From NCBI GenBank assembly GCA_010909165.1, contig MU008179.1:744001-808000 (forward strand): 64,000 bases of DNA. Direction: 5' to 3'. Source of the stretch: Anthoceros angustus. Its lineage: Eukaryota; Plantae; Anthocerotophyta. The notes beneath the pieces are model-generated. The model made no database searches. It was not told the origin of the DNA and saw nothing but the letters and a program-made list of their open reading frames with translations. Within the stretch, counting starts at the first letter, position 1, and each line of letters opens with the position of its first letter. This document shows positions 35,330 through 46,900 of the stretch, one piece after another. Both the position numbers and the translations under genes were made by a program.

Positions 35330-36640
35330 TTTACCCGCTCGATGCACAATCTGCATATCATACTCTGAAAGTAAAAGCACCCATCTGGCAAGTTTCCCAC
35401 TCAATTTCATGTTTGTCATCAGCGGTGAAGGGCTGATGATCCGTGATCAACAAAGCTCACCAAACAAATACACTCAAATGTAAAACCGCCCAAATCAGCT
35501 GCATTCCCTTCATACGATGAGTAGTTTGCCTCCGCAACATTGTTGGACCTGCTCGCATATGCGACAACGCTCTTTCCTTCTTCATCCGTCCAAGACAGCC
35601 TCAAGCCTCCATCTGGTATAAGACAAAAGGCTTATCAAAATGAGTCCTTTTGAGCATTGGCCTTTCCGCTAGCTGGTTCTTCAACTCCTGCCAAGCCTGT
35701 TCCTGTTCTTGTCCCCATCGCCAGGGCACTCCCTTCTTGAGCAATTCATACAGCACCTTGCATATGCTGCTCATGTTTCGGACAAAACGGCGATAGTAAT
35801 TGACAAGCCCCAGGAATGCCCTTAAGGCAGCAATGTCTCTAGGTCGGGGCATGAGATCAATTGCCCGTACCTTGGCCAGCTGAGGCAACATCCCACCTGG
35901 AACTATCTTATGCCCCAAGTACTCTATCTCCTTGTATGCAAACTTGCATTTCTTTGGGTGTGCCTTTAACCATGATTTGGCCAATCTTTGCAACAGAATC
36001 TCCAGGTGTTGGAGATGCTCTTCCAGGCTGTTACTGAACACCAGGATGTCATCGATGTAACATCTTACAAACGATGTCCTTCAAATCACCCACACCGAAA
36101 ATAAATGGATGCGTTTTTCAAACCAAATGGCATTGTTTCCCACTCCCAAAGCTGGTCCTTACCCCAGAACGCTGTCTTGCACTTGTCTCTTTCTTCGATG
36201 ACGATTTGATTGAAACCTGACCGGAAATCCAATGTAGTGAAATACTTGGCCGCCCAATGGCATCAAAAATTTCATCCGGTGTCGGCATGGGATATCGTTC
36301 CATAGGTGTCACCTCATTCAGAGCACGATAGTCTCCACACATCCTCCTGTCTTTCCATTCGCCATTCTCGTCCTTCTTTAATGGCAACACAGTGGCCGCA
36401 GCATACTGCGAAGTGGACTTTCTAATTAGTCCGGCTGCTGCCAGTTCCTTGCATCTCCTATCCACAATGTCCCACTCCATGGGACTCAGCCTGTGCCTTC
36501 GTCTGAACACTGGTTCGTTGGTGGTAGTGGTGATCTTGAATTTGATACGATCATACCGCCCTAGCTCAGCCCAACTAAATGCGAAGGTGTGTCGGTTTTG
36601 CTGTAGCATATCCCGAATCTTTCGTTGATCGGCCTCCTCT
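35330..36640 (-). CDS. Gypsy reverse transcriptase and RNase H (frameshifted)
   Basis: RRMCGDYRALN...YPMPTPDEIFD, YIDDILVFS at 36059, KKCKFAYKEIEYLGH, LRAFLGLVNYYRRFV, VAYASRSNNVAEANYSSYEG, KLARWVLLLSEYDMQIVHRAGKVH. Confidence 0.92.
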
Positions 36641-36839
36641 AACTCTTTGCATATCTGCCATCCATGTGTTGAGCTCACGCTGTCTCTGTTCTCTTGTGTT
36701 GTCGCAGTCCCTGCGGTGTTCGCCGTACAACCTCCTTTGTGACACTGCATTGGAAACTCGCCTTCCTCAAGCAATAATAGGTGCGCCCCACCTTCCGCCT
36801 TGCACATACCCATTTGTGTGGCCAGGCCCACATTCAGCA

Positions 36840-37740
36840 ACCATTGCAAGGTGTCGATCAAACGCTTGACCCGACACAGCGATATGTTTGAAATGCCCGC
36901 GTGATGGTCCGTCATCAAATCCCATGGCCCGTTCGCACTCCATCACTGTGGGCTCACCCACCTCATTTCCAGCGAGATCCACCACGGTGCCGTCCCCGCC
37001 TCTCCGAAAGGCATAAGACTGAGCAGTCCTTACGACTGTGGGCCAGGCCCTTCTTGGCTTCCCAACCTTGTTTACTGGAAAGCGCGGTGGTTTATCCATC
37101 TTCTGCACCGGCTGTGAGCGTCTGCCCTTTTCTAAGATTTCATCCACATATCGTTTCTCTGGCTTGGTCAATTCACGATGTTGCCTAAGAACCTCTACAC
37201 TGGTCACGTTTGTCCAGAAACTTCGCACATGGTGGGCGTATGAGCCCGTCTGTACAGCATCAATGATGAATTCCTCTCCTATCCAACTTCTGAGCTGTTC
37301 ATAGCTCTTCTTGACATGCTCACGTTTGTCGAATGCTCCGCAAACGTTCTCTAGCATGTACCAGCAAGTGGGGTTGATCAACTGTACTTCCCTCAGAATC
37401 CTGATCACTTCTGCAGCCACTTCCACACCGTCACCCTTTCCACAACCGCTCGAAAATGTCGCATTCCCATCCCGAATCGATATGGACCGGGCACGATTGC
37501 TTCACGTCTCCCCACCAATCGGCGTCGGGGCAGCTGCTCGACATCCCTTCACCGCCTCCATGCTTAGTAACTCGGGATACGCCCTTTGCATCCTGATAAT
37601 CCTGGACTTGGCTACCGCATGTGCCTTCTCGTCTACTTCAACACACGTGTATTTCCTCACCCGCATTCCACTCTTCAATATTGCTTCAAGCCCGCTGCTG
37701 ATCCCTGAACACAGCTCCATGAGATGTATGCCTCGCTCGT
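36840..37740 (-). CDS. C5 cytosine DNA methyltransferase domain embedded in the Gypsy pol region (frameshifted)
   Basis: Motif I IHLMELCSGISSG (~37730-37690); II KYTCVEVDEKA; IV GWEC (37472-37461); VI YMLENV (ENV at 37351-37343); VIII IDAVQTGSYAHHVRSFWTN; IX EPTVMECERAMGF; X GQAFD (~36870). Canonical order. Confidence 0.82.
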
Positions 37741-38204
37741 CACGTTGCCACCGAATCACATCCGTATTGATCCTCAAGGCGGTACTGTCTAGAGCTCTCA
37801 ACCTGGGCAAATAGTTTTCCGGACACACATCAGTGGCCTGCCACACCTTAGACTGGCTTCGTCGGGTGAGCTCTCGGGCCAAAGCTTTTGATAGCATGGG
37901 GGTTTTCCTTACATACATGCACTCACTGCTTTGACGCACCTCTTGCACCTCTTCCCGCATGAGGTCCTGAGTTTCTTCCCACACCAATTGCCTGTGCACA
38001 ATGTCAGCCGAACAAGCCGTGAATGCAATCATGCTATCTGATTTTTCAGCATGTCGCCTCATATCAAGTGGTATCCTGGCCACTTGTGTGAAATCCCCAT
38101 CTCGCCACCGTGGCCTATAAAACGCTTCTGAGTGCAGCGGATCTACCCCCATTGCTGGGCCGTGCGTGGCATCAGCCCCAAGTAGCACATCATAGTTTCT
38201 TGCG

Positions 38205-38996
38205 TTAGACACCAAGCAGTGAACTTCGATAACAGAGGCATCCTTTGTGCTCTATGCGTACTGGCTCACGAGTCATTCCCATCACTCGTTCCTTGGTTCC
38301 TGCAGATGTGGTGATGTGCACTTCACATGGCTTAAGCTTATCCCCATATAGCTGGAGAGCCTTCTGTACCCGTGCCCCGAGCAATACCGGGTCCGCACCT
38401 GTATCTACCAACACATATTCTGGAGCAAAACCGTTGACCGTTACCTCCCGACCTTGATTCTTGACCATGGCAATGCCTCCTTTGCCCCGTGCCGCTGGCT
38501 TCAAGTGGTCCCCGCGTAGGCTGACGCATCCAGACACCTGGTCGCGTCCTGCAGATTCCTTTTGTATCCAGGCCTTCATGGCCTGCTTAAATGGTTGCGT
38601 CTTGACTCCCAGATCACGCAAGCTCATCACGGGCACATCCATCACCTTCTCGAGCATAAGTTCAGCACTGGGTGATTTCTCTTCAGACGTCCGTTCCTCC
38701 TGGTCTTCTTCATACTGCCTAAAAGATTTGGGCATCTTGAGCTGATTCCTTTCCTCACCCTTCTTTCTTCGCACCGCTCCACCCAAGTCGATACTAGCCC
38801 GTTCATCCACAGGCGACCTCGTGGCCATTAGCGCATACACCTCTGGATCCGAATCATAATCCTCAGTGGTAGCAACCGAACTTCCCCCTGTGCTCACACT
38901 CATGGCTAACTTTTCTTGCAGCCTGTGCACCTCACTGAGAAGCGCTTTCCGGGTGTACCCCCTTGTTGATTTTGCCTTGTCAGACATCCGTTCCAC
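38205..38996 (-). CDS. Gypsy gag-pol linker and aspartic protease
   Basis: YVLVDTGADPVLLG (DTG at 38405-38397), continued in the next frame by NYDVLLGAD. Confidence 0.8.
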   Translation of the reverse strand: MERMSDKAKSTRGYTRKALLSEVHRLQEKLAMSVSTGGSSVATTEDYDSDPEVYALMATRSPVDERASIDLGGAVRRKKGEERNQLKMPKSFRQYEEDQEERTSEEKSPSAELMLEKVMDVPVMSLRDLGVKTQPFKQAMKAWIQKESAGRDQVSGCVSLRGDHLKPAARGKGGIAMVKNQGREVTVNGFAPEYVLVDTGADPVLLGARVQKALQLYGDKLKPCEVHITTSAGTKERVMGMTREPVRIEHKGCLCYRSSLLGV

Positions 38997-39074
38997 AGCC
39001 CCCTTTGGCTTGAATTCAGGATGAGCCTGCCAGCATGCTGCCTCCGTATGTCCGGTTTTGGCACACGTTCGACA

Positions 39075-40425
39075 CTACTCCTTCTCCTTCGCCCCCCCAA
39101 TTCGATACTCACACTCGAAGGCCTTGTGCGGCCCCCTGCAGCGAAGACATTTCACCGTTGCTTTGTTGGTGGCCGCACTATTGGCCGCGTGTTCTTTGGC
39201 TGGGGAATTCCGCAGCGTGTTCACCTGAGCATGCTCGCGCTGCATAGTTCTTCCTTGAAACCTTGGGTTGTTCATGGCATGCTGCTGTCCTCTGACCAGA
39301 TTATGCTCCTCCCAGTAAGCACTGGTCACCGCGTCGCCCTTCATGACCCTTTCAGCCATCTCATAGGCTTGTTCTAACTCGTAGTCGGCACCGTGCATCA
39401 TGTGCAGGAAATTAGCAATCACCCTTCTTTGTCTTCCTGGAAGGGTAGCTATGTAGATCTGGGCGGCTTCCCGCATCGTCTTCACATGCGTGTCTTTCAC
39501 CAGTTGTCTTAACCTCAAATAGGCGGATTTGAGAGGTTCGTTGGGCTTGATGGTAAATTTTGACAGCTCCTGAATCTTCTCTATGGAAGATACCGGAAAC
39601 GTTTCTGCGAATTTGGAGAACATTTCATCCACCAAGTACGTAATGGCATCAGTTTGTGTGGAACTGGACGCCTCCTCCACTTCATCTACTTTCAACATCT
39701 TCTTGGCCATTCTTGCCCTGGCCAGAGTCCGCGCATCCTGCAAGATCTGATCCTTGCAGTCACGGTAGCAAGTCAGTGCCTCTCCTGCAAGAAACGTGCT
39801 CATCTTTCTCAACGCCATTTCGGGTGTGAACTCGGACTTGTATTTGAGCACCATCTCATCGATTGCCCACCTGAACTTTTCCTCAAAGTCAGCCAGCGAC
39901 ATGCCGCCATGTCTGCCGGTGAACACATCATTTTTACTAGGTGCTATCTCGTATTCCATTCGGACTCCACCACCACTCTCTTCAAATGCTATGGATCGGA
40001 TAGGACTATACTCCCTCTCAAACTGACCACTTGGCCTATGGATTGAAGGATATTGGGTGACGGGACTGCGAGCTTCCTGAATAGGAGTAATCTCGTTTGT
40101 CCACCCAGACCACAGAAACACCATTACCTTATCAATCCCTTCCTCTGCGAGAAACTATGTATGGCATTTCATCTAACTTAGTGTTGGCTCCCCCTTCCGT
40201 CCAGTCCGCCAACCATGACAGTTTGTCGATCACTTCATCCCACAACTTCTGCCACAAATATGCGGGTTCTAGTTCTGCTAAGGTAGCTAAGTGCAGAATG
40301 GACCGACTCGCATAAAACAACACAAAGTAGTCTACAGCACTCTCATCACAGTTCACCATTGACTTATCTGTATGTTCCACCGTCCTTCTGTGACGTCCTT
40401 GAGTTCCCTTCACAAAGATCTTCAC
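39075..40425 (-). CDS. Gag
   Basis: 349-aa ORF (39075-40124) with LSKFTIKPNEPLKSAYLRLRQL and a zinc knuckle CLRCRGPHKAFEC. An upstream co-oriented ORF (40132-40425) is probably the frameshifted N-terminus. Confidence 0.75.
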
Positions 40426-40921
40426 CGCTTACCAAGCCCTTTTGTTGCACGCCGCGGATCCAGCTCAAGGATTGATGTGCAAAATTCATTTCAGCTTGGA
40501 TGTAGGGCCCAAATCCACTCATCCACACTTTCCAAGAGCTACAGCTATCAAAGGAAACTCCGTCCTCTATGTTGGGATCCGTATGGTCGCCTAAGAACAA
40601 ACATCGCAATCCGCCATCATGGATTGCTTACTATCTTATCTTGCCTAAGTGCTTGGCGCCTTCTCTCGCCGAATCACAGCGCGCCGACACCCTCCTCGAA
40701 AAGACGGCGACGCGCAGAATGCGGCCCACAATAACTCCGCCGCAACTACCGATTCATGACCACCCTCAGAACTTACACACACACATGTTCAGCATCGCAT
40801 GCATATCCATCATAAATCCCCACCATACATGCATGCCCATAAGCGGACATACATACCATACTCACGCACATCCATCCACCCACATACCCATTCACCGAAC
40901 ACAACACCGGGTGACATGACA

Positions 40922-43900
40922 TTTGCCCTAAGCGAAACCCCATTGAGCAAGGTGTAAGGGCGCTCCCTAAATGGAAGGAACCCCACAGCTACAAGTTGAA
41001 AGAGAGCAAGCCAGAGGATGGACCAAGCCAAGGCGAAAACGCATCGCGGTGGAAAAAGTTGCTGGTGCGATGCGGAACGCCTGAATACTAGGTCGAGCCG
41101 GCCGGAACCCCCTTTCCCGAGCAAGAGCGGAGACGAGCCCGAGTGGGCCTAGGAATGAAGGAATCCCGGAGGAGGGCCAATTGCACCGCCTGTCGCTTCT
41201 CCGTGAGGGACGCCTGAAGCCCCTAGAGCCCAACCTCGGAAAGCGAGGAAAAAGATGGCATGGCACCCTCGCCTTGACGATAAAGAGTCCTGGCTAATCT
41301 TAGTGAGGCTGCATGGGAAAAGTCCCTCTTCAACGCGATAGGAGAAATAAGTGAGGGAGGAGTAAGTGAAGATAGGCGTTCGGACGAATGGGTCCTTAAA
41401 CGCGTTTGGCCATCCCGGCCCATACGGTGAGAAGTAGGGTGACATGGATGAAGGGTAGAATAACCGTAATCCGGGCGGATGGACGCGCAGAGGCGGGTGA
41501 CCTCGGGTAAGCAATCATCCCTCGGACGGCGGAAGGTGTTGGAGTGCAAGAACCAGTGGCACAAACAAGTCATTCCCTTGGGAACGGACCCCATATTGCA
41601 ACAACACGGGACTGGTGCACGCCCGGCTGGCCATCAGCGAAAGTAGCGCCACAGACTGACGGCTGCAAATTTCACAAGACAGATTGAGCGTAAACCTTTC
41701 AATTATCGTACAAGGTGTTCTGCTTTTGCAGTTCTTTCTTCAGCAGATCGCGCAGCTGCGATTGCTGCCGATATTGTGCTTTTCCTACATAAAAGCAAAA
41801 ACCATCACATACAATAGATGGGTCGGATGGACTATACCCTCTCAAACCGACCACTTGGCCTATGGATTGAAGGATATTGGGTGACGGATCGAGCTTCAAT
41901 AGGAGTAATCGCTTTGTCCACCCGCACAAAACACCATTACCTTATCAATCCTTCCTGAGAAACTATGTATGGCATTTCATCTAACTTAGTGTTGGCTCCC
42001 CTTCCGTCCAATCACCAACCATGACAGCTTTTTTGATCACTTCATCCCACAACTCTCCACAAATATGGGTTCTAGTTACGCTAAATGCGTAATGGACCGA
42101 CTCATAAACAACACAAAGTAGTCTACAAGACTCTCATCAGCCCACCATGGACTTATCTCAGATGTTCCACCGTCCTTCTGTGACGTCCTTGAGTTCCCTT
42201 CACAGCATCTCGCCTGGCTTACCAGCAGCCCCTTTTGTTGTACGCCGCCGCCAGATCCAGCTCAAGGGATTGCTGATGTGCAAAAATTCATTTCAGCTTG
42301 GATGTAGGGCCCAAATCCACTCATCCACACTTTCCAAGAGCTACAGCTATCAAAGGAAACTCCGTCCTCTATGTTGGGATCCGTATGGCTGCTCCCAAGA
42401 ACAAACATCAGCAATCCGCCTGCTACTGCGGATTGCTTACTATCTTATACTGCCTAAGTGCTTGGCGCGCCTTCTCTCGCCGAATCACAAGCGCCCGCGC
42501 GGCGCGCCTTGACACCCTCCTGAAAAGACGTGCGACGCCGCCCGTAAATGCGGCCCACAATAACTCCGCCGAATTCACCGATTCATGACCACCTCGAACT
42601 TACACACACATGTTCAAAGATCGCATGCATATCCATCATAAATCCCACCATACATGCATGCCCATAAGCGGACATACACCATACTCACGCACATCCATCC
42701 ACCCACATACCCATTCACCGAACACAACACCGGGTGACATGACATTTGCCCTAAGCGAAACCCCATTGAGCAAGGTGTAAGGGCGCCCTAAATGGAAGCC
42801 ATCGGGTTCGAGGTAGTGTCCGACGGTTGCACAGCTGCGCAAAAACATCGGAGCCCAAGAGTCCTCTCGGGAAGCAATTTGCGTTGATGGGAATAGGGTA
42901 ACGAGATGATGGGGGACCTATATTTCACTCATCCATGCACTTTAGGCACATATGACTCATCGCATCATGTTCGCAGCAAGAACTACCATGGTGAAATATT
43001 CATTTCATCCATCGTCCAACTCCACCTCAAACACGATCCCCTGAATTTAGGTTACCATGGTCGACAAGAGGGTGTACACGTCAAGAGGGACAGGTTTTGC
43101 AATACACTCCAGGTTAAAATAGATTCATCACTCACTTAAAGCAACACATCACAGGAAAGCATGGAAGGAACCCTACAGTTAAGTTGAAAGAGCAAGCGGA
43201 GGATGGACCAAGCCAAACGCATCGCGGTGGAAAAAGTTCGTGCGATGCGGAACGCCTGAATACTAGGTCGAGCCAGAAGCCAGGAACCTGCCCCCTTTCC
43301 TGAGCAAGAGCGGAGACGAGCCCGAGTGGGCCTAGGAATGAAGGAATCCCGGAGGAGGGCCAATTGCACCTGCCCGTACTGTTTCTCCAGGAGGGACGCC
43401 TGAAGCCCCTAGAGCCCAACCTCGGAAAGCGAGGAAAAAGATGGCATGGCACCCCTCGCCTTGGACGATAAAGAGTCCCTGGCTAATCTTAGTGAGGCCT
43501 GCATGGGAAAAGTCCCCTCTTCAACGCCCGCGATAGGAGAAATAAGTGAGGGAGGGAGTAAGTGAAGATAGGGCGATTTCGGACGAGAATGGGTCCTTAA
43601 ACGTTTGGCCATCCCGGGCCTGTACGGTGAGAAGTAGGGTGACATGGATGAAGGGTAGAATAACCGTAATCCGGGCGGATGGACGCGTAGAGGCGGGTGA
43701 CCTCGGGTAAGCAATCATCCCTCGACGACGGAAGGTGTTGGGTACGAAACGGGCACAAACGGAACAAGTCATTCCCTTGGGAACGGACCCCATATTGCAA
43801 CAACACGGATCGGTGCACGCTGGCCATCGAAGTAGCGCCACGATCGACTGCAAATTTCACAAGACAGATTGAGCGTAAACCTTTCAATTATCGTACAAGG

Positions 43901-46900
43901 TGTTCTGCTTTTGCAGTTCTTTCTTCAGCAGATCGCGCAGCTGCGATTGCTGCCGATATTGTGCTTTTCCTACATAAAAGCAAAAACCATCACATACAAT
44001 AGATGGGTCATGCTTACGACAAACATAGACAAACCTTACGACGAACCTTTGTTTGTGTTTGAGCGCGTGGAGCGACCTGTAAAGTTCTTTGTCAGCATGA
44101 TCCTTAAGTGTTGTTGGTGAAAGGTACCCTGGTCGGCGCGCAAAACAAAAGGAGAGGATCCCAAACGCCACTTGCGGGTCTCCTTGTTGAGGAAGGTCGT
44201 CGATGTGCGCCAAATCCTCAGCCAAAGCCGCGTCCTGATAAATCGGGACACCGAGAACCTGAAGCCCCGGTGGAGAAGCAATATCCCCTTCCCGATACCG
44301 GAGAAAAGGCATAATGCCAGAGGGAGACCAAACCTTGCACTTGATGATTTTGACCTTCAAACCGAGGTGGGGGAGCTCTGAAGCGAAGAAATCAAATGCC
44401 ACTTTAACCTTGTCTCCAGGCCCGAGGATATGGGTATCGTCGACCACAGACGGATACAAGCATTCCCACACCGAAGAGGCAGTAGAAGACAAAGCCCTGA
44501 AATGCGCCATGGCAAAGAGAGCACCTCCCAAAGGGTCACCTTGCCTAGTGCCCGTCGCCGAGCTCAGCACAGAGACCCCTTCCACCGAGGGGCCATGCTG
44601 ATAATAGAGGTTGGAAGGAGACCCATAAAAGGAGCGGACAAAGGGAATAAGGCTGGCCAACTGCCCACCTGCGTTCTTGAGCTCGTCGAAGATGGCCGAC
44701 TGTGAGACAGAGTTGAAGGCATTCTCCACGTCGACCTGAAGAGTAATCGAATCAGGGTGGGTCTTGAGAACCGCCTCCACCCCAAAAGCCACAGACTCGC
44801 AGCCCCTCGGCATAGCAATCCCAAACTGATGAGGACTAAGATGGGCCTGGAACTGCTCCCGGAGCTGGATGGCAGTACTATGGCCAATAAGCCGCAGGAA
44901 CGCCTCCCCGACAACGATAGGACGCACCCCTGGGGTGGGCTTCTCCATCGCCAAGAACCTGCTCGCACCCAACACTTGAGAGATCCGAGGGGAAGTCTCC
45001 CCCATGCAGCCAGCATCGGAAGAAAGAGCTCGGAAAACCGAATTTGAGAAGAAGTTAACGTTATCGACTCCTTTCGCTCCTGGCGTAGCAAAACATGGGG
45101 ACGAGGCCGGTTTGAACCTCGGTATCCAGAGAAGTTTTCCTCTGCTTTTCCAAGTGAGAAAATGGAAGCCATCGGGTTCGGTAGTGTCCGTGGCGTTGCA
45201 CAGTACCAGCAAAACATCGCCAGCCCAAGAGTCCTCTCGGGAAGCAATTTGCGTTGATGGGAATAGGGTAACGAGATGATGGTGGACCTATATTTCACTC
45301 ATCCACACTTTCCAAGAGCTCACTATCAAAGGAAACTCCGTCCTCTATGTTGGGATCCGTATGGGCTCCAAGAACAAACATCGGCAATCCGCCATCTGCG
45401 GATTGCTTACTATCTTATCTTCTGTGCGCGCCTTCTCTCGCCGAATCACACACGCGCCTTGACCCTCCAAAAAGGCGTGCGGCGCCCGTAATGCGGCCCA
45501 CAATAACTCCGCCGCGCCTTCGATTCATGACCACCCCGAACTTACACACACATGTTCGATCGCCATCCATCATAAATCCCACCATACATGCATGCCCATA
45601 GCGGACATACATACCATACTCACGCATCCATCCACCCACATACCCATTCACCGAACACGGGTGACATGACATTTGCCCTAAGCGAAACCCCATTGAGCAA
45701 GGTGTAAGGCGCTCTAAATGGAAGGAACCCCACTACAAGTTGAAAGAGCAAGCGGAGGATGGACCAAGCCAAACGCATCGCGGTGGAAAAAGTTCTTGAT
45801 GCGATGCGGAGCTGAATACTAGGTGAGTCGAGCCGGGGAACCCGCCCCCGAGCAAGCGGACGAGCCCGAGTGGGCCTAGGAATGAAGGAATCCCGGAGGA
45901 GGGCCAATTACTGCCTGTCTGTTTCTCCGGAGGGACGCCTGAAGCCCCTAGAGCCCAACCTCGGCGAAAGATGGCATGGCACCCTCGCCTTGGGCGATAA
46001 AGAGTCCTGGCTAATCTTAGTGAGGCCTGCATGGGAAAAAGTCCTCTTCAACGCGATAGGAGAAATAAGTGAGGGAGGGTAAGTGAAGATAGGGCGATTT
46101 CGACGAATGGGTCCTTAAAGCGTTTGGCCATCCAGGGCGCGGTGAGAAGTAGGGTGACATGGATGAAGGGTAGAATAACCGTAATCCCGGATGGACGCCA
46201 GCGTAGGCGGGTGACCTCGGGTAAGCAATCATCCCTCGGCGGCCGGAAGGTGTTGGAGTGCAAGCGAACAAAGTCATTCCCTTGAACGGACCCCATATTG
46301 CAACAACACGGAGTGCACGCCTGGCCATCAAATGGCGCCCGGTACGGCTGCAAATTTCACAAAAGCAGTTGGCGTAAACCTTTCAACAAGGTGTTACGCT
46401 TTTGTTCTTTCTTCAGCGGTCCGCGACTGCGATATTGTGCTTTTCCTACATAAAAGCAAAACCATCACATACAATAGATGGGTCATGCGACAAACATAGA
46501 CAAACCTTACGACCTTTGTTTGTGTTTGAGCGTGGAGCGACTGTAAAGTTCTTTGTCAAGATGATCCTTAAGTGTTGTTGGTGAAAGGTACCTGTCACAA
46601 AAACAAAAGGAGAGGATCCCAAGCCACTTGCGGGTCTCCTTGTTGAGGAAGGTCGTCGATGTGCGCCAAATCCTCAAAAGCCGCGTCGATAAATCGGGAC
46701 AACTGAAGCCCCGGTGGAGAAGCAATATCCCTTCCGACCGAAAAGGCATAATGCCGGAGGAGACCAAACCTTGCACTTGATGATTTTGACCTTCAAACCG
46801 AGGTGGGGAGCTGCAGGCGAAGAAATCAAATGCCACTTTAACCTTGTCTCCGGGCCCGAGGATATGGGTATCGACCACAGACGGATACAAGCATTCCCAC

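Larger units (their letters stand above)
29382..40921 (-). mobile_element. Ty3/Gypsy retrotransposon complex: gag, protease, C5 DNA methyltransferase, RT, RNase H, integrase, PHD, extra ORF
   Basis: Domain motifs are given in the sub-features. Ends read TGT...ACA. Flanks tctg (29378-29381) and tttg (40922-40925) lie within a CRE element. Many frameshifts. Confidence 0.9.

Noticed and set aside
36840-37740. The methyltransferase as a host DRM2/CMT/MET1 gene captured or interrupted by the transposon
   Set aside because: There are no introns and no UBA, chromo or BAH domains. The motif order is not permuted as in DRM, and the domain is collinear and co-oriented between protease and RT with linker ORFs reading through both borders.
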